From positions 3,456,001 to 3,520,000 of the forward strand of contig CAVQMM010000001.1 in assembly GCA_963713615.1 (NCBI GenBank): a stretch of 64,000 bases of DNA, written 5' to 3'. Shown here piece by piece: positions 21,209 through 31,387 of the stretch. The translations under genes and the position numbers were made by a program. The DNA is from an uncultured Chlamydiae bacterium (GTDB taxonomy: Bacteria > Chlamydiota > Chlamydiia > Chlamydiales > JAJFMA01). The notes below the pieces were generated by a model that was given only the letters and a program-made list of their open reading frames with translations, was not told the DNA's origin and did no database searches. Position 1 is the stretch's first letter. The number at the start of each line of letters is the position of its first letter.

Positions 21209-22906
21209 TTAACCAACTTTTCGTTTCAGCTCTGCAATCTTCATCATGGCTGCCAGCTTCGACATGCCTTCAGTTTCGACATTGTAACATTTCAAGAAAT
21301 ATCTTTGTTTGTCAGTGATTGGTTCACTTGCCATTGAACGCCTTTGCTTATTTTTCAGAGAAATAATCTTGCGGATTTCAATTGAGGCTTGAGCCTTGGT
21401 AAAGTTGTCATTCCACGCATTTTGGTTTTCAAGGTAAGTCCTTTGCGCTTGGGTTGGTACTTCCTCCCTTCTCATCCAAATTGCTTCTCTCAGATCACAG
21501 AAAGCAATCTTGAGATTCCTTCGGGCATAGTCTTCACAAACTCCGCTGCAATATTCGAGTGGTAGTGGGGTGTTGGTAATGTGGTGATGTGACCCATCTG
21601 GGCGATATAAAGTTGCTGCGTAGTTATTTCCTTCTGGTCTGATGACGATCTCATTTTTTTCATCATCCAGTAGGCTCCATTCATCGCCTACAGGAACCCA
21701 CATAAATCGGGCGCTACCTAGAATGTCGAACTCGTGATCTATCTCCTCAAGTACTTCGATTTTTGGGCGATTGTTGACTTCTTCGCGCTGCTCAGCGGCC
21801 TCTTTTGCCTCTCTGATGATGGAGGCTTCGGGGACGGCTGAGCTTAGCGACATGAGGGTGTCTAGGTTGTGGCCCTGATCGCTAAAGTCTAAAACTAGGC
21901 AATCTTGCTTCCCAGGCCATAGGCGCAAACCTCTGCCGATGCATTGAATGTATAGCGCTGCTGAACGTGTCGGCCTGGCCATGATTACCGCGGTAATGCT
22001 TGGTTCGTCATAGCCCTCGGTTAAAATCCCGCATGATGTTGCAAGCTGAACCTTGCCGCTTTTGAGATCATTTAAAGCTTGCTTGCGATCCGGTGGTTCC
22101 ATATCGCCCCAAACAGCGACGGCGGGAATCCCTGCATTGTTGAAGGCGGCGGCTAGGTCCTGGCAATGCTCGACATTGCAGCAAAAGGCGACGGTCTTCC
22201 GGCCATTAGCATATTCCTGAAACTTGCCGACGATGAATGCGTTTCTCTCCGGGGTGTTGACGGCCTCGGCCAGCTCGTTAATGGCAAAGTCACCGTTTTG
22301 GGTCCGGATTCTTTCCAGAACAAAGCTAGTAAGGATTTTGCGACCAATCACAGGGGAGAGATACCCGGCCCGAATCATTGTACCGATTGAGCGGGAAAAT
22401 GTGATCTTGTCGAAGGTGTCGCCTAATGGTTGTTTGTCGCCCCTGGCTGGGGTTGCTGTGACGCCGACTAAAAGCTTGTCTGTTCCCTTTGAGAATCCGC
22501 AGGCGTTAATGATGCTTTGATAGCTGTCGGCTGCGCTGTGATGCGCTTCGTCTATCATCATCAAGTCGAAGCCTAGACTTTGGAGCTTTTCTAGGCGCTT
22601 CGGCCTGCTGCATGACTGGACGGATCCGACTACGATCTGATGGTGGATCTCATCCCTCTCGGCCATACAAACGCCGATGCTAACGCCTGGCCAAAAGAGG
22701 CGGAATTTGTCCACTGCCTGGGCTATCAATTCCTCTCGATGTGCTAATATAAGAGTCTTTTTGTCTAACACTTTGGCTAGAGCCGCCATGACTATGGTTT
22801 TACCCGATCCCGTTGGAAGGTGGACAAGAAGACGCTTATGGCCCGAATAGTAGTCTTGGAGAATCTCATCTATGGCTTCTTGTTGGTAGTCTCGAATGGA
22901 TACCAT
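21209..22906 (-). CDS. SF2 DEAH helicase (ResIII/Irc3-like)
   Basis: RDYQ, LPTGSGKT, DEAHH, TATP, LTEGYD, QCIGRGLR motifs. Confidence 0.92.
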   Translation of the reverse strand: MVSIRDYQQEAIDEILQDYYSGHKRLLVHLPTGSGKTIVMAALAKVLDKKTLILAHREELIAQAVDKFRLFWPGVSIGVCMAERDEIHHQIVVGSVQSCSRPKRLEKLQSLGFDLMMIDEAHHSAADSYQSIINACGFSKGTDKLLVGVTATPARGDKQPLGDTFDKITFSRSIGTMIRAGYLSPVIGRKILTSFVLERIRTQNGDFAINELAEAVNTPERNAFIVGKFQEYANGRKTVAFCCNVEHCQDLAAAFNNAGIPAVAVWGDMEPPDRKQALNDLKSGKVQLATSCGILTEGYDEPSITAVIMARPTRSAALYIQCIGRGLRLWPGKQDCLVLDFSDQGHNLDTLMSLSSAVPEASIIREAKEAAEQREEVNNRPKIEVLEEIDHEFDILGSARFMWVPVGDEWSLLDDEKNEIVIRPEGNNYAATLYRPDGSHHHITNTPLPLEYCSGVCEDYARRNLKIAFCDLREAIWMRREEVPTQAQRTYLENQNAWNDNFTKAQASIEIRKIISLKNKQRRSMASEPITDKQRYFLKCYNVETEGMSKLAAMMKIAELKRKVG

Positions 22907-23050
22907 GGCTAAGTCACAGGTAAGTTAAAATTACAAATGTATGTTATGAAATCGTTTATGTCAACGGCTGTATAACTCCCATTAGACAAAAATCACAGCA
23001 TTGCTGATAATACTCCCATTTACATCAAATGTGATAAATTGGAGCCTTAG

Positions 23051-23749
23051 ATGCGTGTCGTTTTGGTATGCTTGTTGGCGCTAGGATATGCGACGTTTAT
23101 ATTTCTACCTTCATTCTATAGCAATTGGTCTAATGATGAGGCTGTGGGACGTTGGGAAATGGATCTAGCGAATCGTCAGATTGATGACCTTCAAGAGCAG
23201 ATTAGTGCATTACGTGATTCGGAAAAGAAGCAGTGGGATAGCATCGTTTTTTGGTCAAAACAAGGAAATGACCTGTCAAAACAATTTTCTGATCATCAAT
23301 TGAAATATTTCGAAGAAAAGAGACAGCTTGTTGCTGTCCTTAACGCCAAGGAGTCTGCTTTTCGGACTATTCACTCATGCGATTGTGTGTTCTTTGTCAG
23401 CATCAAAAGCGTTAGCCATTACCTAGATGGGTATAAGGTTCTTTTCAAGATAGGGAATACATCGAACGTTACGTTCACAAATCCAAAAATCAAAATCGAA
23501 TGGAACACCTATCCTACTTTTGATGTTACCCTGTCTCTTGATGAAATATTGAAGCGCAATGACGAATGGAAGAAAGCAAACAAAGAAAAGACATTCTCTA
23601 TTGCAGGTAACCTTAATCCAGGAGAATGGTCTAATGTAGAGCTATTTCTAAGCCCTTGCAGCGAGCAGGAACTGGAATATATCAGATTGTCTATAGAGCC
23701 CTCTCCAGCACAATTAAATGTATCTGCACAAACCTTGATTAGTCTGTAA
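23051..23749 (+). CDS. Membrane-anchored hypothetical protein with DUF3251/YajI-like C-terminal domain
   Basis: N-terminal TM, coiled coil, then KIGNTS...KIEW...LNPGEWSNVEL...LEYIRL pattern. Confidence 0.55.
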   Translation: MRVVLVCLLALGYATFIFLPSFYSNWSNDEAVGRWEMDLANRQIDDLQEQISALRDSEKKQWDSIVFWSKQGNDLSKQFSDHQLKYFEEKRQLVAVLNAKESAFRTIHSCDCVFFVSIKSVSHYLDGYKVLFKIGNTSNVTFTNPKIKIEWNTYPTFDVTLSLDEILKRNDEWKKANKEKTFSIAGNLNPGEWSNVELFLSPCSEQELEYIRLSIEPSPAQLNVSAQTLISL

Positions 23750-24062
23750 GCTTCACAGGCCTTCCACTTGTGAGCTCTGCTCCACGCTTAGGGAAGGGCT
23801 CTTTTCGTGCCTTCTCAAGCTTGTCTACAGCGATAGAAAGGGCCTCTACAGCCAAGGACGTCAGCGTCAAACCTGGAGTCCAGTAGACGGCGTTCTTGAC
23901 GCGCTCAATGACGTCGACGGAGATCTGCACGGTGATCCGTTGTTTTGCTTGCGATGCGCGGTTGATTTGTGGTGCCTCTTCCATGACAGCGGTATTCCCG
24001 TTTTGCTTGGGAGTAAGCTTGTTGTTGTGTGGGTTGCTTTCGGTATTGAATTTCTTGGCCAT
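23739..24062 (-). CDS. Small ribbon-helix-helix-like hypothetical protein
   Basis: QRITVQISVDVIERVKNAVY...LTSLAVEAL. Confidence 0.6.
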   Translation of the reverse strand: MAKKFNTESNPHNNKLTPKQNGNTAVMEEAPQINRASQAKQRITVQISVDVIERVKNAVYWTPGLTLTSLAVEALSIAVDKLEKARKEPFPKRGAELTSGRPVKLTD

Positions 24063-24323
24063 GCTAATTCCTATCTATCTCTGCGTTGGTGGCGTCTGAA
24101 ATGCTGCCATTTTCAGCAAATAAAGTATAGAGGCTCTTTAAGAGGTGACGATATTCTAGCAAAGTACCTCCGTAAGTTAGTGGACTAGGCTCATGAAGAG
24201 CATTCTCTGTTCATTGTCACTGCCCGGTGGCGTAACAAAGCGGTTGCTTCATATTGCATGCAATGGATAATGTGTCTCCCACTAAAGCGCATTAACGACT
24301 GCAATTGAGCAAAACGGAAAATC

Positions 24324-25001
24324 ATGAGCTTGCTGGTTTATACACGGGTAAGCACTGAGGCTCAAACAGATAGCGTGGCTGGCCTCGAAGCACAACTAGA
24401 TGCTTGCGAAAGCTATGCGAAGCATCACGGCCTTACCATCCCCAAAATTTATCGCGATGAGGGCATCAGCGGAGCTGTTGAGATGGAGCATCGCCCTGGC
24501 CTTATGGAAGCGCTGAATGGGCTTAAGAAAGGATAACATCCTACTTGTAGCAAAGCGAGACCGGTTGGCCCGTGACACATACGCCGCGGCGTTTATCAAA
24601 CGCACTATAGAGAAGCAGAAAGCTCGCATTGTTTCCGCCGCTGGCGAGGGCACGGACCAGAACGACCTGGCAAGCCGAATGTTAACCGGTATTATCGACG
24701 TTTTTGCTGAATATGAACGCGATGTTATCAAAGCTAGGACTAAGGCGGCTCTCCAAGCCATGAAGCGCGAGGGCAAACGCGTAGGGCATATTCCCTTCGG
24801 GTACCGGCTAGCGCCATGTGGAGTGTATCTGGAGAATCGTTGGAAGAACAATATATTCTTCGGCACATGTATGAACTTCGCTCGCGAGGACTTTCAATCC
24901 GCACAATCGCTACAGCATTAAATGAACAAGGAGTCTTTAATAGAAGACAAGCCAGATGGAACAACGCAAGCGTGCATCGGGTAATGATAAAGGCTGCATA
25001 G
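24324..25001 (+). pseudogene. Serine recombinase (resolvase family) with two frameshifts
   Basis: YTRVST catalytic motif in the first frame, KRDRLAR...FAEYER...PFGY in the second, GLSIRTIATALN HTH in the third. Confidence 0.85.
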
Positions 25002-25228
25002 CAATGAAACTGGGTAAATTTGCTAAGACCACTTCAGCTGCCGCTGGTGAACTTAAGCAATCGATGAAAAAAAGTGGCAAAAAGTGGGATTTGTCGGCAC
25101 AATACGCGTTGTATCTTGGCATGTTATCTTTGTTAATAGCAACTTGCCTCAGTTTTTTGACCTTACAATCGAATTGAAATCCCAGTCGGTTACGGTTCGC
25201 CTTCGTCTCTGGGCAGCTTTCTAATGCG

Positions 25229-26383
25229 GTGGCCTTCATGAGTATTCCATCCTTGTATTATCTCGATACCACCGGTGTGGCTTTATTTTGCAATGGTGAG
25301 CATGTAGATAAATATTTTTCATTGATAGCGCCTAGCTATCGAACTGAGATCTCTGCAATTCTTAGATTGGGTTCCATTGTCATTACTCCTTATTGGGTTC
25401 TTGAAGTTTTGGGGGTTCGTCTTAAATTAATTAATCAAGCACTTGAGCAAAAGTTGCGCGAGAAACAGGATCTTCAAATAAATCTGAAATTGTCTGATTC
25501 TGATGAGGCTTGGCTAGAGAAAATTGCGAATATCCATTCGTTTGCGGATGATTACTATAACCAGCATCCTTTGCTTAGGGACCAAGAGTTGAAGGCTCTG
25601 CTTGGGGCGGCACATTCAAGAATATTCCCTGTGAACCATTCGTCTATTTTTAGCTATAGGATCTGGCAAGGTTTGGAAGGATGGCTTGACCGGCCGGGCG
25701 CACATGCGGAGTTATGTAAGTGGTTGACGTACTCAGTTCCGGAAAGGCACATAGATTTGCTAATCCCAAAGCATATTCATCAATCTTCTGAAATAAGACA
25801 GCGCTTACAGAACCATTTGATGGCGGGATATGTTACAGCTTGGAAAAAGGGGATTAATATGAGCGGATGTGAAGGATTATTGCATAGTCTTGCTGTTCTT
25901 AATCGAAAGCCCTCAATTGATTTCCGACCAAAAAATCGAGACGGTCTGCCGATAGAAGTTAAACCGTTTCGCGCATTCAACGATAGGGCCGATATTGATG
26001 TCGTGCAGATGTTGACTATGGGAGCTTTTGGCACTTTAAGTAGGCTCGAAAAAACTGCGGTGTTTTCAGTAGAGGCAGAAGAAAATATTGTTGCTAGAGT
26101 ACATCCATATCAAACTTTATTTGCTTACGCTAAAGAAAAATTTTCGTCTAACAAGCATCTACAGCTACCCTCTGATTTGAAACCGGGGGTTCGTTACCAG
26201 GTCGTTATTGATAAAGTTGAAGGAGATGGTCGATATATCGCCAAGACACAGTTTCTGGAAACTCGATACAATGCTGATACGTCTCAGGTGGCATGGGACT
26301 GGAAGTCAAAGAATATGGCTCAAGAAGGGTGCAGTAACAACCTCGCAGAGTCAACACCAGTTGTCCCCGATCTATCGGCCTAA
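25229..26383 (+). CDS. Hypothetical cargo protein
   Basis: 384-aa ORF; no family recognised. Confidence 0.65.
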   Translation: MAFMSIPSLYYLDTTGVALFCNGEHVDKYFSLIAPSYRTEISAILRLGSIVITPYWVLEVLGVRLKLINQALEQKLREKQDLQINLKLSDSDEAWLEKIANIHSFADDYYNQHPLLRDQELKALLGAAHSRIFPVNHSSIFSYRIWQGLEGWLDRPGAHAELCKWLTYSVPERHIDLLIPKHIHQSSEIRQRLQNHLMAGYVTAWKKGINMSGCEGLLHSLAVLNRKPSIDFRPKNRDGLPIEVKPFRAFNDRADIDVVQMLTMGAFGTLSRLEKTAVFSVEAEENIVARVHPYQTLFAYAKEKFSSNKHLQLPSDLKPGVRYQVVIDKVEGDGRYIAKTQFLETRYNADTSQVAWDWKSKNMAQEGCSNNLAESTPVVPDLSA

Positions 26384-26540
26384 TACTGCAATTTTTTTTG
26401 TCTCCTGCGCAGGTTTGGGTCCGATGTAAATTTTATCCACTATTTCTAAAGAGCTTAGTCACTGCGTCATAACTTCATGATTATAGACAGCTTAAGGAGT
26501 TTGTGGCATTATACTCTACCTTAACCTATGCGGAGGCATT

Positions 26541-27257
26541 ATGAAGAGGTTTATTACGCTATTGGTTATGCCGTTGGCTATAAATTCAGTAATTTTAGGC
26601 GATGATGGAGATGCATGTTTAAAGGCGGGCATTAACTGCACTGAAATTGCGTATTTAGACACGGTTCGAAAAATCGAAGAAGAATTTCTAAGCCTTCCAC
26701 GTGAATTTCTTGTTAACGAGTCACAATGCAACGATGGAAGCTATGAAAAATTTAATAAACGAATCGAAGCATTTGGGGAACAATATGAAGCATTAGGAAA
26801 CAAGTTTGAGGCCTTACTAAAAGAATTAAACTTTGCACCATCCAATAATAGCTTACACAGAGTTTATAGTGAGTATGATTCTTTTTTTGCGAAGCTCAGA
26901 GAGATCATGCGCACTAAATACTGGAAAGATTATCTTTTGAATCACGGCATGAGAATAGTCAACTCTGGCCTAGGGGATACCTACAAAGTTTTCTTTGAGG
27001 AAGAACGCCATATCCCTTGCGAAGGGAAAAAAACAATCAGATATCGGATCTCCCCGCTCACCGAGCTTAGGAGCTTCTGTGAAGATATCAAAAATGTTAA
27101 TATTCTGCTGCTGAACGAGAATAAATTCGAAGTTTTCAGGTTTTACGTGGGAGCTGTTTCAAAAGACAATGAAACTACAGGTAAGTTTGAAATTCCAGAA
27201 TCATATTATCAAGAATTTAATGAAATCACCCTGGTCGGTGACACAGCCACAAGGTAG
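26541..27257 (+). CDS. Hypothetical exported protein
   Basis: GGAGG RBS; signal-peptide-like MKRFITLLVMPLAINSVILG. Confidence 0.7.
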   Translation: MKRFITLLVMPLAINSVILGDDGDACLKAGINCTEIAYLDTVRKIEEEFLSLPREFLVNESQCNDGSYEKFNKRIEAFGEQYEALGNKFEALLKELNFAPSNNSLHRVYSEYDSFFAKLREIMRTKYWKDYLLNHGMRIVNSGLGDTYKVFFEEERHIPCEGKKTIRYRISPLTELRSFCEDIKNVNILLLNENKFEVFRFYVGAVSKDNETTGKFEIPESYYQEFNEITLVGDTATR

Positions 27258-27470
27258 TTTTGTGCTGATCGCATAATACGGGCCTGGGGCAAGCGGTCTA
27301 TGTTTAGGGTTTTTGTAATGGTTCTGGGGGCCCTGGCGGGCCCGAACGGGGCCTAACATCCCATATTTTCCCGTAACTTTCCAGAGCAAATCTCTGTACT
27401 CAGATCTAGCAAAATGCTAATCTTTTGCCCGTAATGTACTGGAGAATCATGTAGCGTTCTGAAAGAACCG

Positions 27471-27528
27471 GGGACTTAAAATCCCTCGGGCGCAAGCCTA
27501 TGCCGGTTCGAGTCCGGCTCCGAGCATT
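27471..27528 (+). repeat. att copy 1 (3' part of tRNA-Leu)
   Basis: 58 bp identical to 10855-10912. Confidence 0.95.
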
Positions 27529-27656
27529 CTTATTTCAAGGGGTTTAGATCATCGCTGGTTTAAGCTCGTTTTCTTGTAGGCGAATTCTGTCCAACCCCTG
27601 TCCAACTTTTTAGGGGCAAGTGAGTCTTTCCTAGTGTGTGAAATGGGGAGATAAAA

Positions 27657-28099
27657 TGTTGGATCCTCTTGCTGTGCTGACGTCGATTCAAGGGGCCATT
27701 AGCATCACCAAAGCCATGTTTGCTGGTCTTAAGGCTGTAAAAGAAACCAATCAGGCGCTATCCGCACTCGACTTGCAGACACAGGTGGTGGAGATCAGTC
27801 AGGAGTTATTGAATGCGAAGGAAGTGATTATTTGTTTAATGCAACAGAATCAGGATCTGCGTGCTCAGTTGAAAGTGACGAGCGAGCTTGAGCATGACCA
27901 GGCCAGCAATGTGTTGTGGAGTGTCGAAGATGGGAAGAAGCGCATTCCATATTGTTCAACATGCCATGGCGCAGAGGCCAAACTCATTCCACTTTCTGAA
28001 AGTGAGCCAGATTCGTGGTTCTGTCCAAAATGTAGAAATCATTTTTGTACAAAGAGGTGTCGGGATGAACGGCATCTAAAGATGCAAAGTTTAATGTAA
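27657..28099 (+). CDS. Hypothetical coiled-coil plus Zn-ribbon protein (start approximate, MLDPL)
   Basis: PYCSTC...WFCPKC CxxC pairs after a coiled coil. Confidence 0.65.
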
Positions 28100-28199
28100 A
28101 CCCAGCTAGGAAGATCTTTTTAACCTGTGCTCCAAGTAGATGAAAGTCTATTTTTACCAGGTTAAGTCATGTGAAAAATAGCTTGACAAGGGGAAAAGA

Positions 28200-28850
28200 A
28201 TGAGTAGTGCTGGAGGTTTTTGTAGAGCCAAAACGGAACTTCGTTGGATGAGGTTTGTGGATGGTGAGAATATGGTTCATCAAGGAACCAAGTTCCTTGA
28301 AAGCCACTTCCCGCATTCCGGCGGGCCTAGCAGCACATCGCCATTTTTCGAAAAGGGGCACTTTCTTTGGCTTCCTGCGCAAGGCTGGAGTGCGGTTACC
28401 AACTACCACTTGTCAGCACACTGGCCATCGGCAAGAAACGAAAATAGTCAGACTCCCGAGGCTATCAGAGCATATTATTACACTGTTGTAACTGGTTCTA
28501 GGGAAAAAGTTGTGCCGACTACCGAAAGAAAAATATGGGAAATAGGATTCACGCCGCGCGTTCTTTGGAAGGCGAAAGCAACACAAAAGTCTAAGACGGT
28601 TGATTCATTAATCTCTATCGACATGCTGTCTGCTGCATACGAGGATCAGTTTGATCTGGTTGAGATTTGGACGGGCGATGCGGATTATATTCCTCTGATT
28701 AATGCCGTTAAAAGGCTAGGGAAAATCGTGGTTTGTTGCTTTTTGGGAGAGGAGCATGGACTAAGCAGGGAATTGAGGATTGCTAGTGATCGCTATTGTG
28801 ATATCACGGACCTCATGATCAAACGCTGGGAAGCAGATCTTTCCAAGTAA
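28200..28850 (+). CDS. NYN domain (PIN-like) protein (start may be 28248)
   Basis: FVDGEN, KTVDSLISIDML, TGDADYIPL, KRLGKIV motifs. Confidence 0.85.
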   Translation: MSSAGGFCRAKTELRWMRFVDGENMVHQGTKFLESHFPHSGGPSSTSPFFEKGHFLWLPAQGWSAVTNYHLSAHWPSARNENSQTPEAIRAYYYTVVTGSREKVVPTTERKIWEIGFTPRVLWKAKATQKSKTVDSLISIDMLSAAYEDQFDLVEIWTGDADYIPLINAVKRLGKIVVCCFLGEEHGLSRELRIASDRYCDITDLMIKRWEADLSK

Positions 28851-28894
28851 CTTTGAAGATAAACATGACAGGTGGCAAGTTTGTTGCTATGACA

Positions 28895-30610
28895 CCTCAT
28901 TTCCCGTGAAAATTGTAACTAGGTCTGGCCCGGCAACGCAATTTTTAGACCCTGTAAAATTTCCCTCTGTGGTTTTGTAACCTCGGTGAGGATATGGCCG
29001 TACTTACCAGAATACTTTATTTTAGTCAGTGTATCCATTTCTTGTAGAAGCTCCCGAACCGTGTATCGTTTAATAAGACCAGACTGTCTCATTTCTTTGC
29101 GCAGAGCGCTCATGTAAATAAGGGCAATGAATTGCACAAAAAGCCTGCCATCAACAGTTGCTGAACTATGCATGCGTAAGCGTTTCATATCCAACTGATT
29201 TTTCAGGTCATCAAAGCACTTTTCTACCACATCTTTGTCTCGGTAGATTTGCAAGGACTCCACCGGATCCTTAATACTATTGGTCAACAGCGCTTGGAAT
29301 CCAGCATAGCGGTTGATGTACTGACTCACAGCTTGATCATTGTACGAGACTCGTATGCCTCGCTTGCGGGTGGTCTTTATCACAAAAAATGCGTCGTACG
29401 CATCTTGATGCGCGTTAATCAAATCTCCTGATTCCAGTTCCTTCTTATACCCAACCAATTCTTCAGTAAACTGATCGACGGCGGTGGCTCGTGCATGAGC
29501 ATTGTAGTAGAGGTGTAGATAGCAGCGACGCTTGTCATCCCCCCATGGGTACAGACGAGAGTGAACATATAGGATCTCATTATCAAGCTTTTGGTATCCC
29601 TCAGGCCCATGGATCACCCCATAAATGTCATTTATAGCGAGTTGTACCCACTTGTTCTTCAGAGGGATTGATAGAGTAAATCTGTCCCTGGCAGCAAGCA
29701 GGTGATCAACATTTTTTTTGCTGTAGAACCCTTTGTCCATCACGTAGTGAAGTTTCTTTATCTCCAGAGCTTTGAAGGTCTTCAAGAGGTTGTGTAATGT
29801 AGTCACATCGGTGATGTTGCCCGGAGTCCGTTCGAAATACACTGGCAAACGTCCCTTCTGGCCGAAGAGTATGGCAAGATTCAGCTGTGGTAACTTATCC
29901 AGGTCGCGGTTGTGGCCGTATTTGATGTATTCATTGAGCTCAGAATATGAGGAAATAGAAGTGATGTCGTAACAGAGATAATCATCCTCTAACACTTTAT
30001 TCATCCACTTGGTGAAAAAGGTTTGCTTCTTATCGATGCTAATGGCGCCAAGGATTTCGCTAATCCTCTGGCTGGTTAAGCACTCAACGGAAGGCACATG
30101 GTTCTTGCACCATGTCCCGCAATAGCTCAGAGGCCCTCCTTGAATGGCAAGATAATAGGCCATTGCCTGAATCTGTTGGTACTCCTGAGGGAAGCAAGAC
30201 CTCAACAACTGTTTCAGGCCTAACTGCTCGGTAATAGCATCGAGCACGATCGAAGGTCCCACAACTTCAGCAGATGCAGTGACCGCGGGATCTCGAATGA
30301 CTGCCTGTTCAGGTTTAAGACGCTTGGAGGGAATGAACTCTCCGGTGACTGGATCGAGCTTACCCACACACACTTGCTTATTACGAGACTGTTTTTTCTC
30401 TTTATCCCAGAATGAGGTGTATTCGTATACGTAGGTAACGCCGGTAGTCTTGTTTATATGGTTGACTCTGCATGGCATACACTATTTCCTTCCTTAAATC
30501 GTTACAATTGTAACGATGAAAAATGAAAAAATCCAGCATAAAATGTGCGCAACAGGCTTTTTTTTAGTGAATTACGACAGACCTAGTTACAATTTTCGCG
30601 GGAAATGAGG
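28895..30610 (-). mobile_element. IS1634-family insertion sequence
   Basis: 33-bp terminal IRs (28895-28927 / 30578-30610, 1 mismatch) and 6-bp target duplication ATGACA. Confidence 0.92.
28919..30478 (-). CDS. IS1634-family DDE transposase
   Basis: YDITSISS, GHNRD, VMDKGFYS, YRDKDVVEKCFDDLK. Confidence 0.92.
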   Translation of the reverse strand: MPCRVNHINKTTGVTYVYEYTSFWDKEKKQSRNKQVCVGKLDPVTGEFIPSKRLKPEQAVIRDPAVTASAEVVGPSIVLDAITEQLGLKQLLRSCFPQEYQQIQAMAYYLAIQGGPLSYCGTWCKNHVPSVECLTSQRISEILGAISIDKKQTFFTKWMNKVLEDDYLCYDITSISSYSELNEYIKYGHNRDLDKLPQLNLAILFGQKGRLPVYFERTPGNITDVTTLHNLLKTFKALEIKKLHYVMDKGFYSKKNVDHLLAARDRFTLSIPLKNKWVQLAINDIYGVIHGPEGYQKLDNEILYVHSRLYPWGDDKRRCYLHLYYNAHARATAVDQFTEELVGYKKELESGDLINAHQDAYDAFFVIKTTRKRGIRVSYNDQAVSQYINRYAGFQALLTNSIKDPVESLQIYRDKDVVEKCFDDLKNQLDMKRLRMHSSATVDGRLFVQFIALIYMSALRKEMRQSGLIKRYTVRELLQEMDTLTKIKYSGKYGHILTEVTKPQREILQGLKIALPGQT

Positions 30611-30970
30611 ATGACACTCAACATGGTGCGTGGTTGGGTTTTTCATCTGGCGTCAGTGAGTCGGTACCTTACTCATCGTTGACACGCGATTGGTGGTTGG
30701 AATGCTGTTTAGTGGAGGAGAGTCGTTCGCTACCGTTGTTAAACGACAATGCATCGCAGTTGGAGCGTAGTCTTACATTTTTTGACGAACGATAGACGGC
30801 TTGATTTTAAGGTGTCCTTATTCGATCCAAGAGTTCTCGTAACGATTCTGGTTGGCATAGCTCACATTCCCTTATAACCACTACTCGCCAGCCCGTGTCC
30901 CTCCCGTGAGCGTGCGTGAAAAAAATATTCCGCCGTGGCATGATACCCCTCATTAACGTGGGAGGGTATC

Positions 30971-31387
30971 ATGTCCTATCTGGATAAACTGGCTAAAGTC
31001 GAGGCGCTTCTTCAACGTGCTTCCTCTGAGGGAGAACGCCACGCTGCCGAGCTTGCCAAGCAACGAATCTTAGCCAGAATTTCCGATATACACACCAGTC
31101 GGCCCATCGAGTACAAGATCTCTCTGGATAGCCCGTGGAAAAGAAGGCTATTTGCAACGGTCTGCTCCAAACATGGTTATAAAACCTATCGGTATGCCAG
31201 GCAAAAACGCACCACAGCTCATGTGATGATTGCTAAGAATTTGATGGAAGAAGTGCTTTGGCCTGAATTTTTGCGGTATGCAAAAATTCTGGAAGAACTC
31301 GTTGAGGATATATTAAAAGACTTAACGGCTAAGATCCATCATGTGGAAGAGGAAGAGTTAGAAATTGCTGGCGAGATCGCACATTGA
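30971..31387 (+). CDS. DUF2786-like passenger protein
   Basis: LDKLAKVEALLQRASSEGERHAAELA N-terminal motif; GGAGG RBS. Confidence 0.65.
   Translation: MSYLDKLAKVEALLQRASSEGERHAAELAKQRILARISDIHTSRPIEYKISLDSPWKRRLFATVCSKHGYKTYRYARQKRTTAHVMIAKNLMEEVLWPEFLRYAKILEELVEDILKDLTAKIHHVEEEELEIAGEIAH

Larger units (their letters stand above)
10911..27526. mobile_element. Integrative element 1 (phage-satellite/plasmid hybrid) at tRNA-Leu
   Basis: Bounded by a 58-bp direct repeat of the tRNA 3' end (10855-10912 = 27471-27528); integrase adjacent to the tRNA; replication and terminase genes. Confidence 0.9.

Noticed and set aside
10911..27526. Complete prophage or conjugative ICE
   Set aside because: No recognisable capsid, portal, tail, lysis, relaxase or T4SS genes
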